A stretch of 64,000 bases of DNA from a virus. Lineage: Duplodnaviria; Caudoviricetes. The DNA lies in the IMG/VR virus record IMGVR_UViG_2936514734_000001, positions 1-64,000 of that record; one strand, given 5' to 3'. The translations under genes were made by a program, and so were the position numbers. Shown here one piece after another: positions 37,720 through 47,978 of this stretch (position 1 is the stretch's first letter; each line of letters opens with the position of its first letter). The notes beneath the pieces were generated by a model. It was not told the DNA's origin. It saw only the letters and a list, made by a program, of their open reading frames with translations, and ran no database searches.

Positions 37720-40700
37720 AGACCTTGTTCGTGACGGTCAGCGTAACCGCGGATACGCTATTCGTATAGGTAAAAAAGTTCCTAAAAATAGTGCGAACTT
37801 AGCTTATGTACAGTCCAAACCAGTATCACCGGAGGAGAACATCTTATTAGAAGATGTCTCTTCTCAAATCAAGGAAAATGGATTGTCTAGTTTTATAGAT
37901 AGAGATTACATCGTTTATCCGGATAATGATTATCTGCTAGAGACAGAAACAGGACAAGCGGTATTTCCCACAGATGCAATTAGTGTGACAGACGAGTTTA
38001 CTGTACGAAAAAATAGACAAGATAAACCAAGTCCTGTTTTTTATAAGATGGAACTACGAGGAAGATTTGATGCTCGATCTGCACAGGTCCTTCCATACAT
38101 CGGGGGTTATTCATCTGAATCAGAACAAGAAGCTGTTTCATTAGAAGATATCGTGATTGATAAACGTAATGAGCTTGTCTATGTAGGAAATAGCATACGT
38201 ATAGAAGCCAATGGTGCTCCACTGCAAGACGGTAATGTTTTTAAGGTTCAATTAGTCAGAGAATCGAACTTCATTTACAGAGTCATTGTATTTACGAATT
38301 TCCGCAATGAAGACGATGTGACATATAAAGTTATTTATCCAAATTACAATAGCGATACAAAGCAATCTGAGCTGTCTGAAGAAGTATTGAACGCATATCC
38401 ATTCTTCGAGCAAGTTACAAAGGATGAATTTGATACGATTGTTGCAGATATGGAGAGCAACCCTGATAACTACAAACACCTTAAAGTGTATTCAGTAGAG
38501 CAGAAGGGGAATGACTTTGCTTTCTATGCAACCTCAGATGTTATGATTGCTAATTATCAAACACGCACCCCTCAACTATTTAAGCATCGTGTTGAAGCAA
38601 AACTAAAAACAAAATTGAGTGAAACAAATCCAGGGAAGTTAAATATCGGTTTTTATTTTGCTCAAGATGTAGTCGGAGTTGAAAACTTATCTTCTACAGG
38701 AAAAGCGATCAACGAACATTCTTTACTTCCTAAATACCTCGAACTAATTAATCCCCATCCGACAGAACTTGACCTTTTAAAACGTGATATTCGTTACTGG
38801 ACAATTGATTTAGAAATGGCAGAACACCAATATGAAGACTATGATCTAATTATTATTACTGGCTATGGCAAAACTGACTTATCAATGTACAAAGATAAGC
38901 TGCAGCATTTCTTAAAAAATGGAGGAACGATATGGGTAGACAATGCTGGTAGTCAGACAAAAGTTCTTGATTTCTCTACTAGTAAAGGTACTTCTTTTGT
39001 TTCTGATATTGGCTTTTCAACTAGTAGTAATGAGTTTGGTATTAAACAAATTAAAATAGATTCTCCATACACGAGTCGATTATTCCCTATTACAAACATG
39101 GAAGGGTTAGGGTACTCTAATGTTTCGCCTACTATCGTATTTGGACAAGACGAAGAAAAAGCTCAATGGACAATTCTTGTGTCACACCTAAATGGCGGAC
39201 CTTCAATTATGAAGAAAACCCTCTTTAATAAAGGAACAGTTATTGTTTCTAACAGCGGGATTTTTAGAGGTTTTTATCATAATCAAACTGAAAACGTAAA
39301 CCTTGTTCTAAATACAATCTTGTATCATGCAGAGGAACAATGGGTGTTTACGCCTTGGAGAAATGAATTTGTTTACCATAGAGACAATCTTTTCGCTCAA
39401 GAGTATAAAGTAAACAATAAAGATGTCTACATTAACGACCGTAATGACTACAACATCAATCAAATTGTAGCCAAAAAGATTCTTGCTCCTAATATGAAAG
39501 AGTACGTAAAAGCATATTGTAAGCCTTGGTTTTACAACGCTACAGGAAGTTATGAACATGCAATTGATGGAGATAAAAATATCCCTGTTAATAATAGCGG
39601 TTTTGAAAGTGGAAATGTAGATGCTCAAGGTCAGCCTGTTACTCAATGGACAGCCTCTACAGTAAATGCTATTCCATCATGGAACACAAAGAAGTTAGCG
39701 GGACAAACTGTTACATTCACCCACGACTCAACCACTAGTTTGTTTGGAGTACGTCAGATTTCTATTAATTCCACAAATGCTAGTACAGGAGCACAGGCTT
39801 TTTGGGAAAGTGAAGATATTTATCTTCCTGTTGATGATTATAAGCTGACGGTATGGGCTACGACAGATCAAGTTAATGGCATTACGACTGACGGTATTAA
39901 AATAGGGGTTTATAAATTAAGTGGAGAGCAAATTTCATCATCTATTGCTTTATCAGGTAAGAAGAATGCTGTGAAACTTGAAACCTCATTCCATATTGAT
40001 CAACCTCAAAGTGTCGAAATACGATTAGGTTTTATTGATGGAAATGGCTTCGGAAAGGCCAGCTTCGACAATCTTACTTTAGATACAGTAGGTGCAGTTA
40101 GAGGGGTTCCTCAAAATGAAGGAGAAAAATCTCTTTATGTATTTAGCACAAAACCAAATGCTACAACTATCGATATTGAAGCAGAAGGATTCGGTACGGC
40201 AAATATAACAAGAGCAACACCTGAAATCTCATATACTTACACAATCATGCCTTTTATATATGAGTGGATTTCATTCGGGGTTGATAGTACAACAGGCATT
40301 GAGTATGGACGTTATGAGCGTAAATATGGTGCTCCTGTATCTTATCAGGACAAAGTTCGAAAATCAGATGGATTAAAGAGTCTAGGCTATCTCCACACTT
40401 TACTACCTCCAATCCCAAGCGGTAAAGAATGGTATGACAAAAATAAAATCTTTTATTTAATTGCTTTAGGTTCTCAAGATTTAGCTGAAAACAACTTAAT
40501 TAATCTTAAATTGTTTGACAGAAAAACTGGTGCTGAATGGTTCTATGGAGATGAACTAGTTATCGGACATAAAGATATTTTCTGGGCTACAGATAAACCA
40601 AGTTTTGCTCTTCATTCAGAAACAACATTTGAGACTATTCGCGCTTCTAAACGTGACTTTGGTTTAAAATTAGTCGATGATCGTCGAGTGTTTGCAGAAC

Positions 40701-42214
40701 TTCCACAAACTAAAGATGCTAAAGAAAACTGGTATTTACGTATTCATAACGGACAGTTTTTAAAAGATAGCCTTAGCTACAATGAGTGGTCTGGACTTTA
40801 TAAAGCTAATGATCCTGCATTAGTAAATCAATACAAAGAACGTGTCATGAAAAAAGAAAGGTACGAGATTAAAGAGTACGATTCTCAAATATTTAATCCT
40901 TCAGTTGGCATTATGACAGTTGAAAATGAGATTGAATATGTTAGCCCTTCAGTTGTAAAGGTACCGCACAATAATCTTTACGTACTTAAAGGCTCTGTGA
41001 AGAAGGAGCAGTTGGTTTCTGAAGGATACTCACAAACTGCTGGTACAGTTTTTCAATCTGTACAAAAAAATTGGTTGAGAAACAGTAATCTTCATATCTA
41101 CATTGACCGCTCGAATAATGGGAATGTAGTAGAAATATTTGAAGAGTACCCTTATGAAATTGATTTTGATAAAGGTTCAGTATTTTTCCCTAATCAAAAT
41201 ATTACAGGCAAGGTGTATGCAACTTACGATTATTGCAACTTCCGTTTAAATAAGCGGATTTATAAAAATGCAAAGGTCACAAATGATTTGCTTGAAAATA
41301 AATATCATGATCCTGTTACTAAAGAGGCTGTGATGTATAGTTCAAAAGAGAATTGGCTAACACATCCTGTGCCAATCTTAAAAACAACAAAGGGTAAACC
41401 AACTTCTGAAAATACAATTCCAGCTACTAATTATCGTATTGATTATGAAAAAGGAAAAGTTATGTTCAAGTATGAACCTGTGGGTGCGGTTTATGCTGAC
41501 TTTGGTTACTATGAAAACCAAGAACTATCCGTAAATGATTACGACATTCAAAACGGAATCTTTTTCTTAAATGAGAATGTGACATTTAAAGATGATTTAT
41601 ATGCTCAATATTCTTATTATGAAGATTTTTATGAGTACAAAGGCTACTATAATGAACAGCAAAAGACCTTTTTCCACCTCGATCTCAATCCTTCTGTAGG
41701 ACATTATTCTACTTTGCCGACTACAACATATGTTAATGGCATTCAAAAAGTAGAGTATAGAAATGCTCCGTCCGCTAAGCTTCTCAATAAATTGATTCAT
41801 GTATATATTGTTCCTAGCTCAGAAAGCGGGAATTCTATTCGCCACTGTTTTAGTGCTGAAGAATGGAGAAACATTCAACGTTCTAATCCTATGTACTTGC
41901 TAATAGCTAAGGTACAGGTAAGAGAGCACACTAATGTTAACGAAGTAGTTGTTATGGATGCCCGTGTACGCGGCGGTGGAGTATCAGAATCATTATCTGT
42001 AAAAGCAATTGATGAAAGAGTAAAAGGTAAACAACGTTACTGGGATATTGGTAACTGGGACGGTAAGGCATTTTATCGAAACGGTGTCCTAATTGTTACT
42101 CTGCCAAAATCTATCCTCAGTGAATATGGGGGAACTTTATCAGAAGATTATGTTCGAGAATCCATTGATAAGTACGTAGCATACGGAACGTACTACATTA
42201 TTGAATGGGAGTGA
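37700..42214 (+). CDS. Large virion structural protein (baseplate appendage) with CBM-like and flavodoxin/GATase-like domains
   Basis: YDLIIITG...LQHFLKNGGTIWVD; NSGFESG...FDNLTL; repeated Y.IDF/Y..G.V.F hairpins. Confidence 0.55.
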   Translation: MALQPHKDLVRDGQRNRGYAIRIGKKVPKNSANLAYVQSKPVSPEENILLEDVSSQIKENGLSSFIDRDYIVYPDNDYLLETETGQAVFPTDAISVTDEFTVRKNRQDKPSPVFYKMELRGRFDARSAQVLPYIGGYSSESEQEAVSLEDIVIDKRNELVYVGNSIRIEANGAPLQDGNVFKVQLVRESNFIYRVIVFTNFRNEDDVTYKVIYPNYNSDTKQSELSEEVLNAYPFFEQVTKDEFDTIVADMESNPDNYKHLKVYSVEQKGNDFAFYATSDVMIANYQTRTPQLFKHRVEAKLKTKLSETNPGKLNIGFYFAQDVVGVENLSSTGKAINEHSLLPKYLELINPHPTELDLLKRDIRYWTIDLEMAEHQYEDYDLIIITGYGKTDLSMYKDKLQHFLKNGGTIWVDNAGSQTKVLDFSTSKGTSFVSDIGFSTSSNEFGIKQIKIDSPYTSRLFPITNMEGLGYSNVSPTIVFGQDEEKAQWTILVSHLNGGPSIMKKTLFNKGTVIVSNSGIFRGFYHNQTENVNLVLNTILYHAEEQWVFTPWRNEFVYHRDNLFAQEYKVNNKDVYINDRNDYNINQIVAKKILAPNMKEYVKAYCKPWFYNATGSYEHAIDGDKNIPVNNSGFESGNVDAQGQPVTQWTASTVNAIPSWNTKKLAGQTVTFTHDSTTSLFGVRQISINSTNASTGAQAFWESEDIYLPVDDYKLTVWATTDQVNGITTDGIKIGVYKLSGEQISSSIALSGKKNAVKLETSFHIDQPQSVEIRLGFIDGNGFGKASFDNLTLDTVGAVRGVPQNEGEKSLYVFSTKPNATTIDIEAEGFGTANITRATPEISYTYTIMPFIYEWISFGVDSTTGIEYGRYERKYGAPVSYQDKVRKSDGLKSLGYLHTLLPPIPSGKEWYDKNKIFYLIALGSQDLAENNLINLKLFDRKTGAEWFYGDELVIGHKDIFWATDKPSFALHSETTFETIRASKRDFGLKLVDDRRVFAELPQTKDAKENWYLRIHNGQFLKDSLSYNEWSGLYKANDPALVNQYKERVMKKERYEIKEYDSQIFNPSVGIMTVENEIEYVSPSVVKVPHNNLYVLKGSVKKEQLVSEGYSQTAGTVFQSVQKNWLRNSNLHIYIDRSNNGNVVEIFEEYPYEIDFDKGSVFFPNQNITGKVYATYDYCNFRLNKRIYKNAKVTNDLLENKYHDPVTKEAVMYSSKENWLTHPVPILKTTKGKPTSENTIPATNYRIDYEKGKVMFKYEPVGAVYADFGYYENQELSVNDYDIQNGIFFLNENVTFKDDLYAQYSYYEDFYEYKGYYNEQQKTFFHLDLNPSVGHYSTLPTTTYVNGIQKVEYRNAPSAKLLNKLIHVYIVPSSESGNSIRHCFSAEEWRNIQRSNPMYLLIAKVQVREHTNVNEVVVMDARVRGGGVSESLSVKAIDERVKGKQRYWDIGNWDGKAFYRNGVLIVTLPKSILSEYGGTLSEDYVRESIDKYVAYGTYYIIEWE

Positions 42215-42219
42215 TGTCT

Positions 42220-42417
42220 ATGAATTATCCTTTAGGAGCTTTTCAGTACTATGACAAAGAAAATGATAAAACTCATATTCAGTGGAGTTATGTAGATGAC
42301 CCTAATTTAACTCATTTTGAAATTGAAGTTTACGATGAAAATTTAAGAAAATGGGTTAAGGCTGATGGACGTAATGGAGTTTATCCAAAACAATCGAAAA
42401 GAGGTAGTAATTATTAG
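42220..42417 (+). CDS. Small FN3-fragment-like hypothetical protein
   Basis: THIQWSYVDDPNLTHFEIEVYD; RBS gggagtg; the start could alternatively be 42214. Confidence 0.5.
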   Translation: MNYPLGAFQYYDKENDKTHIQWSYVDDPNLTHFEIEVYDENLRKWVKADGRNGVYPKQSKRGSNY

Positions 42418-42445
42418 GGGGGCGGTTAATTCCGTCCTCTTTTTT
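42416..42445 (+). terminator. Intrinsic terminator
   Basis: aggggggcgg-ttaatt-ccgtcctct followed by ttttt. Confidence 0.75.
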
Positions 42446-42463
42446 ATAGAAAAGAAAACTTTA

Positions 42464-42476
42464 AATGGTTATATAT
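42464..42476 (+). promoter_or_regulatory. Candidate phage-specific promoter motif (AATGGTTAtatat)
   Basis: Recurring motif between a terminator and RBS aggtga; the ORF caller's ATG lies inside it. Confidence 0.55.
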
Positions 42477-42506
42477 GATTCATATCTAAGAAAAGTAGGT
42501 GAGTAC

Positions 42507-45500
42507 ATGGAACAGGAATTAGAGTTTCCTCTAGCTTATTCCTCATTTATACGTAAAAAAGATGCTGCCTATGACGGAGACCCTAATGGGGATTATGTTA
42601 TGGCGGAAGATGTCAATGAACTGCAAGAGTCTCTTGAAAGACTAGAACAGGTTGTTGGTGTCGAAGAATTAGATAATCCAGTTTCAACTGAACTGAAGAA
42701 GAAAGTAGATAAGGATGCAATTAGTGATTTTGGTAGTCCCTTATTTATAAACTACAACGGTTCTTCTATTAACACATACGATACGATAGAAAAACGTATC
42801 AGTGCCTTCAGTTACATTCCTCATGTAATGATAAAGAAAGAAACATCCTCTACTTTTGATTATTTCATTCAAGAAGTAAAAAGAAGCGGGACATTGCTAT
42901 ACGGTATTATTAATTGTAGCGGAGCCACTGCTAATGCTATCGAAGCAGATATTGATTGGTTTAAATCAAAAGGCTTTTATGGAATTGTCTTTTCTAACTT
43001 CGGTTTTGAAAATGGATTAACAAGAAGTCTGCAAAATACTGTTTTACAATATGCCCACACTAAAGGTCTAGTGGCGATCATAACAGGCGAAATTGAAACA
43101 ACACTCTTCAATAAACCTCATGCAAAAAATCCTCTACAAGAAGACCTCCACACTGCAAAAGGCGATATTTATTTAGCCCAAGACATTTTTATTATAAACG
43201 GAGCTAAGAATGATCCTTCTGTTATTACAAACCAACTCATTAACCTAAATAAAGCTCAACAGGAAAAAGGTGTACAAGTATTTGTAGAAGATGTAGCGGA
43301 TATAAGTACAGATAATGGTCCAAATTATTTATATGGGAAACTCTTGTCTACCCTCTACAATTTAGACGGTTATAGCCTTGCACCTAAGAGTCGATATGCT
43401 TTAAACGAGAAAGTTGAAAAGTATATTCATGGTTTTGAATTAGGTCAATGGAAAACGGAAAGTCCAATATATGTAGAAGATACCACGTCTGTCTCTCGTA
43501 CATTCTCTAAAGGTAATATCGTATTCGATAAGGTCAAGAATGAATGCTTTGTAGAAGGAGTAGGTCTTGCACCGACTTTATATACTTGGCAAGATAAGCA
43601 GATTCCTGGAGCTGCAGTTGACTTAAAGACATCTGATTACGATGATGGTGTAGTAAATGCCATTGTAAAAGCCATTAACGAACACGATGAATTAATTCAC
43701 TACACAAAGATTGACGGACTGAACTCTGACGGTTCAACTCCTGATGTTATTAAAGACATTGTAATTAGAGCGATCAATAACTCTCCTGCAGCTGTCCTAA
43801 AAAATCCTCCTAATGGTTATGACGAAATAGCGGGCAATAATTTTATTCATGGTGGAGTTATTGACTGGATTGATGCAGGCTCAATTAAGACAGGTACACT
43901 AAATATCGATCATATCAAAGCAAACATTATCGAAGCTATTAATGCCTATATTGGTACTGCTCGTATTGATTCTGCTCGTATTGGTGAACTATCAGCAGAC
44001 CACATTGCTGCTAATGTAGTGGATGCAATTAATATCTATGCAACGAATGCAAGCATTGAACATGCAAAAATCAACAATGCTGTTATTGGTGAATTATCAG
44101 CAGAACATATACAAGCCTCTGTTGTAGAAGCTATTAATCTATATGCCGGAAACGCTACAATTGATTCTGCAAAAATAGGAATATTAGAAGCAGATAAAAT
44201 CACTACAAATGTTATTAAGGCGATTAACGCTTACGTTGGAAATGCAGTTATAGATTCTGCGAAGATTGGAACACTTGAAGCTAGTCATATCAAAGGCATG
44301 GTTATTGATGCGATTAACCTATATGCTGGTTCAGCTAAAATTGAATCCGCTCAAATTGGTGCATTAAAAGCTGAGAATATTGAAGCAGGACTTATTGAAG
44401 CTTTTAAAGTTTCTGCAACTAGTGGACAGTTTGATAATTTACAAGCGGCAGTTATAGATGCGATTAATGCGAGTGTACAGAACGCATTTATCAATGGAGC
44501 CCTTATTGAAAAAGGCTCGATAGGTAATGTTCAAATTGCTGAAGGTAGTATTACTGATGCTCAGATCGTAGACTTAACTGCTAACAAGATTAAGTCAGGT
44601 ACTATCGATACTGGACAAGTTACTCTTCAAGGTAAGAATGGGCATCTAAGAATTACAGGAAATAGATTGCAAGTTTTTGATGATCAAGAAGTTCCTGTAG
44701 AACGTGTAAGTATTGGTGACGTAGATGTAGATGGAAGTCTTTATGGACTTCGTGTACGTGGTGCTGATGGTAAAACTGTTCTCTATGATGAAAATGGAGT
44801 TTATTCAGAAGGTATCACAGATGGAGCAATTACTAATCCAAAGATTAAAGAAGGCGCAATCGATGGAGATAAACACATTGCTGCAAATACAATTTCTGCT
44901 GATAAGCTAGTAGCCGAAACAATAACTGCTAGAGAAATTAAAGCAAAAAGCATAACGGCTAATGAGATCATGGCAAATGCGATAACTGCATCTAGCGGTA
45001 TTATCGCAAAAGGTGCGATTGGAACAGCTGAGATTGCTGAAGCTTCAATTGTTGATGCCCACATTAAAGAATTAAATGCTACTAAAATTACTGCTGGTTC
45101 AATGCAGATGACTAGTCGAAACATGCTATCCAATGCTAGTTTCAAGAAAGGTTTTCTTGATTGGACGGTAGATCCTCGTTTTAATATTGCGGAAGTAAAT
45201 GAAATTAACAAATTAAACGGAAGCAATAGCATTCATATTGTAACCCTCAATTTAACTACTCAACCATACTACAGTGTTTACTCAAATTATTTTCCTGCTA
45301 GTGAAGAAGAGAGCTATTCTGCTTCTGTTTACGTAATGACAAAAGACCTCAGTTCTTATCAAGGAAAACAACCATCTGTACGTCTTGAATATTACAATGA
45401 TACAGATCGTTTGTCTTATAAGTACACGACAGCTGAACTTACTGGAACAGATACTTGGGTTCGAATCAGCGTAACAGACAAGGCTCCCGCTGGAACAACG

Positions 45501-46028
45501 AGAGTTCGATTCCGCCTATGTACGCCTCAAAATGGTGACACATATTATGCGAGACCAATGTTACAGAAAGGTACTATTGTGACAGAGTGGACTGGTGACG
45601 GTTCATTTATGTCTGAAGACGGTATCTATACTGGTGAATTAAACGCGGAGCAAATCGTTGCCGGAAAAATTAAAGCAGAATTAATTGAAGTTGGGGCTGA
45701 CACTAACTTCCAAGATGGATATAGTCCTGACGATCTTCGTGAGGAGATGGAAAATCGCATTCCATATCGAGTAGAAATTATCAGCACCAACGGATTGATG
45801 TTTAGACGTAACACTGTCAATACGACTTTAAAAGCAACAGTCTATAGAGGCCCTGACAATGTTACTGATCAAATCGATGCTAGCAACTTTGTCTGGAAAC
45901 GAGTTGGTGCAGATGGTGAAGATGATGCACTTTGGAATGAAGCACATAAAGGGATGAAATCGGTCACAATCACGAAAGATGATGTGTACCAAAGAGCTAC
46001 CTTTTTATGTGAAATATTGGATAGTTAA
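42507..46028 (+). CDS. Fibre base protein: anchor motif, degenerate glycoside-hydrolase-like barrel, pentapeptide-periodic shaft, CBM-like domain, C-terminal incomplete Ig domain
   Basis: Start reassigned to ATG 42507 (RBS aggtga); MAEDVNELQ; 30-aa IDSA.IG.L.A.HI...V..AIN.Y repeats; NMLSNASF; ends ATFLCEILDS. Confidence 0.65.
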   Translation: MEQELEFPLAYSSFIRKKDAAYDGDPNGDYVMAEDVNELQESLERLEQVVGVEELDNPVSTELKKKVDKDAISDFGSPLFINYNGSSINTYDTIEKRISAFSYIPHVMIKKETSSTFDYFIQEVKRSGTLLYGIINCSGATANAIEADIDWFKSKGFYGIVFSNFGFENGLTRSLQNTVLQYAHTKGLVAIITGEIETTLFNKPHAKNPLQEDLHTAKGDIYLAQDIFIINGAKNDPSVITNQLINLNKAQQEKGVQVFVEDVADISTDNGPNYLYGKLLSTLYNLDGYSLAPKSRYALNEKVEKYIHGFELGQWKTESPIYVEDTTSVSRTFSKGNIVFDKVKNECFVEGVGLAPTLYTWQDKQIPGAAVDLKTSDYDDGVVNAIVKAINEHDELIHYTKIDGLNSDGSTPDVIKDIVIRAINNSPAAVLKNPPNGYDEIAGNNFIHGGVIDWIDAGSIKTGTLNIDHIKANIIEAINAYIGTARIDSARIGELSADHIAANVVDAINIYATNASIEHAKINNAVIGELSAEHIQASVVEAINLYAGNATIDSAKIGILEADKITTNVIKAINAYVGNAVIDSAKIGTLEASHIKGMVIDAINLYAGSAKIESAQIGALKAENIEAGLIEAFKVSATSGQFDNLQAAVIDAINASVQNAFINGALIEKGSIGNVQIAEGSITDAQIVDLTANKIKSGTIDTGQVTLQGKNGHLRITGNRLQVFDDQEVPVERVSIGDVDVDGSLYGLRVRGADGKTVLYDENGVYSEGITDGAITNPKIKEGAIDGDKHIAANTISADKLVAETITAREIKAKSITANEIMANAITASSGIIAKGAIGTAEIAEASIVDAHIKELNATKITAGSMQMTSRNMLSNASFKKGFLDWTVDPRFNIAEVNEINKLNGSNSIHIVTLNLTTQPYYSVYSNYFPASEEESYSASVYVMTKDLSSYQGKQPSVRLEYYNDTDRLSYKYTTAELTGTDTWVRISVTDKAPAGTTRVRFRLCTPQNGDTYYARPMLQKGTIVTEWTGDGSFMSEDGIYTGELNAEQIVAGKIKAELIEVGADTNFQDGYSPDDLREEMENRIPYRVEIISTNGLMFRRNTVNTTLKATVYRGPDNVTDQIDASNFVWKRVGADGEDDALWNEAHKGMKSVTITKDDVYQRATFLCEILDS
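43870..44470 (+). repeat. About six imperfect 30-aa (90-bp) coding repeats
   Basis: IDSARIGELSADHIAANVVDAINIYA / IDSAKIGILEADKITTNVIKAINAYV / IDSAKIGTLEASHIKGMVIDAINLYA; boundaries approximate. Confidence 0.75.
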
Positions 46029-46156
46029 ATATTGCACAGTTCAGTAGCAATTGCTTACTTTCTATGAGCCACCAAAAAAATAAGACAGAAGGGTGGAGGA
46101 CTATGAGAATCGGAGACTCATTACCTAGCATACTCAGTACAGACGGAGGTAATCAA

Positions 46157-47896
46157 ATGACAATTGCTACTGGACAAATTAGTATCGTAGACTTTAACGA
46201 TGCTCCCTCGTTAACCGCATTTGTTTCAACAACTTCCCCAAAAACACAAATTTGGGACCCAGCAACACAAAAATTCACACCAGACTGGACATCTTCTAGT
46301 CCTACTCTACAACCCTCACTTTTTGTATCCTCAGAAGGTACAACAGACCAAATTGCAACTGCAAAATCAGTTAAGTGGTTTGACTCAGCTGACCTCACTA
46401 CAGCTCTTGTGACTGGTGGAGCTTATACAGTCACTGGCTCTACATTAAAGGTTTCTCAAAACATTATGACTGGATCTATTTACGCTAAGACATTTATTTG
46501 TGAAATTATTTGGACAGACCCAGCTACACTTGTTGATTTAACAGTTCGTGCTGAATTCACATTTAACCGAGCGGACAATGGTAAAACTGGTCCAAGTGCT
46601 ATTTCAGCCGTATTAAGTAACGACTCTGACGTTATTCCAACGGATAGTGCTGGTAACAACGGAAACTTCACAGGTGCACTTTCTACAATGTATATCTATG
46701 AAGGTGCAACAGATGTAAGTTCTAGCTGGACAGTTACAGCGAATGCTGTTGATGTTACTGGTACACTATCAGGTAGAACATATACAGTAACTGGATTTGC
46801 ATCAGGTAAAGATACAGGCTATGTAGACCTTACAGCTTCAAGATCAGGCTACGCTTCTATTACAAGACGTTTTGCTTTAAGTAAAAGTAAACAAGGTACA
46901 GCGGGTACAACACCAACTCTTTACCGCTTAATTCCTAGCGTAAATGCAATTGCTAAAAACATCTCAGGGGTTTACAATCCAACAACTCTTACTTTGACAG
47001 CTAAATCGCAAACAGGTAACGGTGCTTATGGTGATTACTCAGGTAGATACCAAATCTGGGAAACTACTGATGGAACAAACTGGGGCACTGCTAAATATAC
47101 AAGTACTGCAAACGAGGCCTCAAAAACTTGGACGCCAACAGCAGGCATTAAAGCAATTAAAGCACAGCTTTATATTGCAGGTTCTACACCAAATGGAACA
47201 GGGTTCTTAGATGAACAAATTATCCCTGTAGTTTCTGACGGTGCCACTGGTGCGGCCGGTGCCGATGCAGTATTAGTATCCGCTTGGGCTCCATCAGGTA
47301 ACCTATTCAAGAATGACTTAAGTACATCCCTAACAGCTCAAGCTGATCTATACAAAGGTGCTACTGTTCAAACATCTGGTGTAACATACGAATGGTTTGT
47401 TCAAAAATCAGGAAATGCAGATGAAGGAGCAGGTGCAGGTTGGGATAAGCTAGATTCTACTAACCAAGCTTCATATGGTGTAACAGGTGCTGTTAATACT
47501 TCTACTATTACAGTTACAGCTGCAGGTATCGTTAACTTAGCTGCTTTTAAAGTTAAAGCAACGTATGGCGGTAAAGCATACTATGACACTATTATTTTCT
47601 ATGACCAAACTGATCCAATCATGGTTGTAGTTGAAAGTAGTAACGGAAATATCTTTAAAAATGGACAAATTTCTTCTCAATTACTTTGCCGCTTATATCA
47701 AAATGGTGAAGAAATTGATCCGAAACAATCAACTGCTACGACAGGCTATAAGTATACATATACTTGGACAAAGCTTGGGCGTGACGGAAACCAAGATATG
47801 ACGTTCGGTGGTTCTGGTACTAAAAAAGGAAAATGGATTGATATTACTGATGCAGATATCTATCAAAAAGCCGTATTTAAAGTTGAAATTACTTAA
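46157..47896 (+). CDS. Multi-Ig-domain fibre subunit (putative polymerising shaft)
   Basis: Start reassigned to ATG 46157 (RBS ggaggt); N-terminus MTIATGQISIVDFND; five Ig-like units; ends AVFKVEIT. Confidence 0.7.
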   Translation: MTIATGQISIVDFNDAPSLTAFVSTTSPKTQIWDPATQKFTPDWTSSSPTLQPSLFVSSEGTTDQIATAKSVKWFDSADLTTALVTGGAYTVTGSTLKVSQNIMTGSIYAKTFICEIIWTDPATLVDLTVRAEFTFNRADNGKTGPSAISAVLSNDSDVIPTDSAGNNGNFTGALSTMYIYEGATDVSSSWTVTANAVDVTGTLSGRTYTVTGFASGKDTGYVDLTASRSGYASITRRFALSKSKQGTAGTTPTLYRLIPSVNAIAKNISGVYNPTTLTLTAKSQTGNGAYGDYSGRYQIWETTDGTNWGTAKYTSTANEASKTWTPTAGIKAIKAQLYIAGSTPNGTGFLDEQIIPVVSDGATGAAGADAVLVSAWAPSGNLFKNDLSTSLTAQADLYKGATVQTSGVTYEWFVQKSGNADEGAGAGWDKLDSTNQASYGVTGAVNTSTITVTAAGIVNLAAFKVKATYGGKAYYDTIIFYDQTDPIMVVVESSNGNIFKNGQISSQLLCRLYQNGEEIDPKQSTATTGYKYTYTWTKLGRDGNQDMTFGGSGTKKGKWIDITDADIYQKAVFKVEIT

Positions 47897-47924
47897 TTAA
47901 AGGGTTTCTATATAAGCAAAGCAT

Positions 47925-47955
47925 AACTCCACTATCAATTTAGTGGAGTTTGTTT
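47925..47955 (+). terminator. Intrinsic terminator
   Basis: Perfect stem aactccacta-tcaatt-tagtggagtt followed by tgttt. Confidence 0.7.
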
Positions 47956-47978
47956 ATTATTGAAAAGGGTGTGAAACT

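Noticed and set aside
42465-42506. ORF-track starts at 42465, 46064, 56802 and 57206
   Set aside because: No good RBS; two fall within the AATGGTTA motif; downstream starts have strong RBSs.
46046-46055. Palindrome agcaattgct as an operator or promoter variant
   Set aside because: Single occurrence and a poor match to the AATGGTTA motif.
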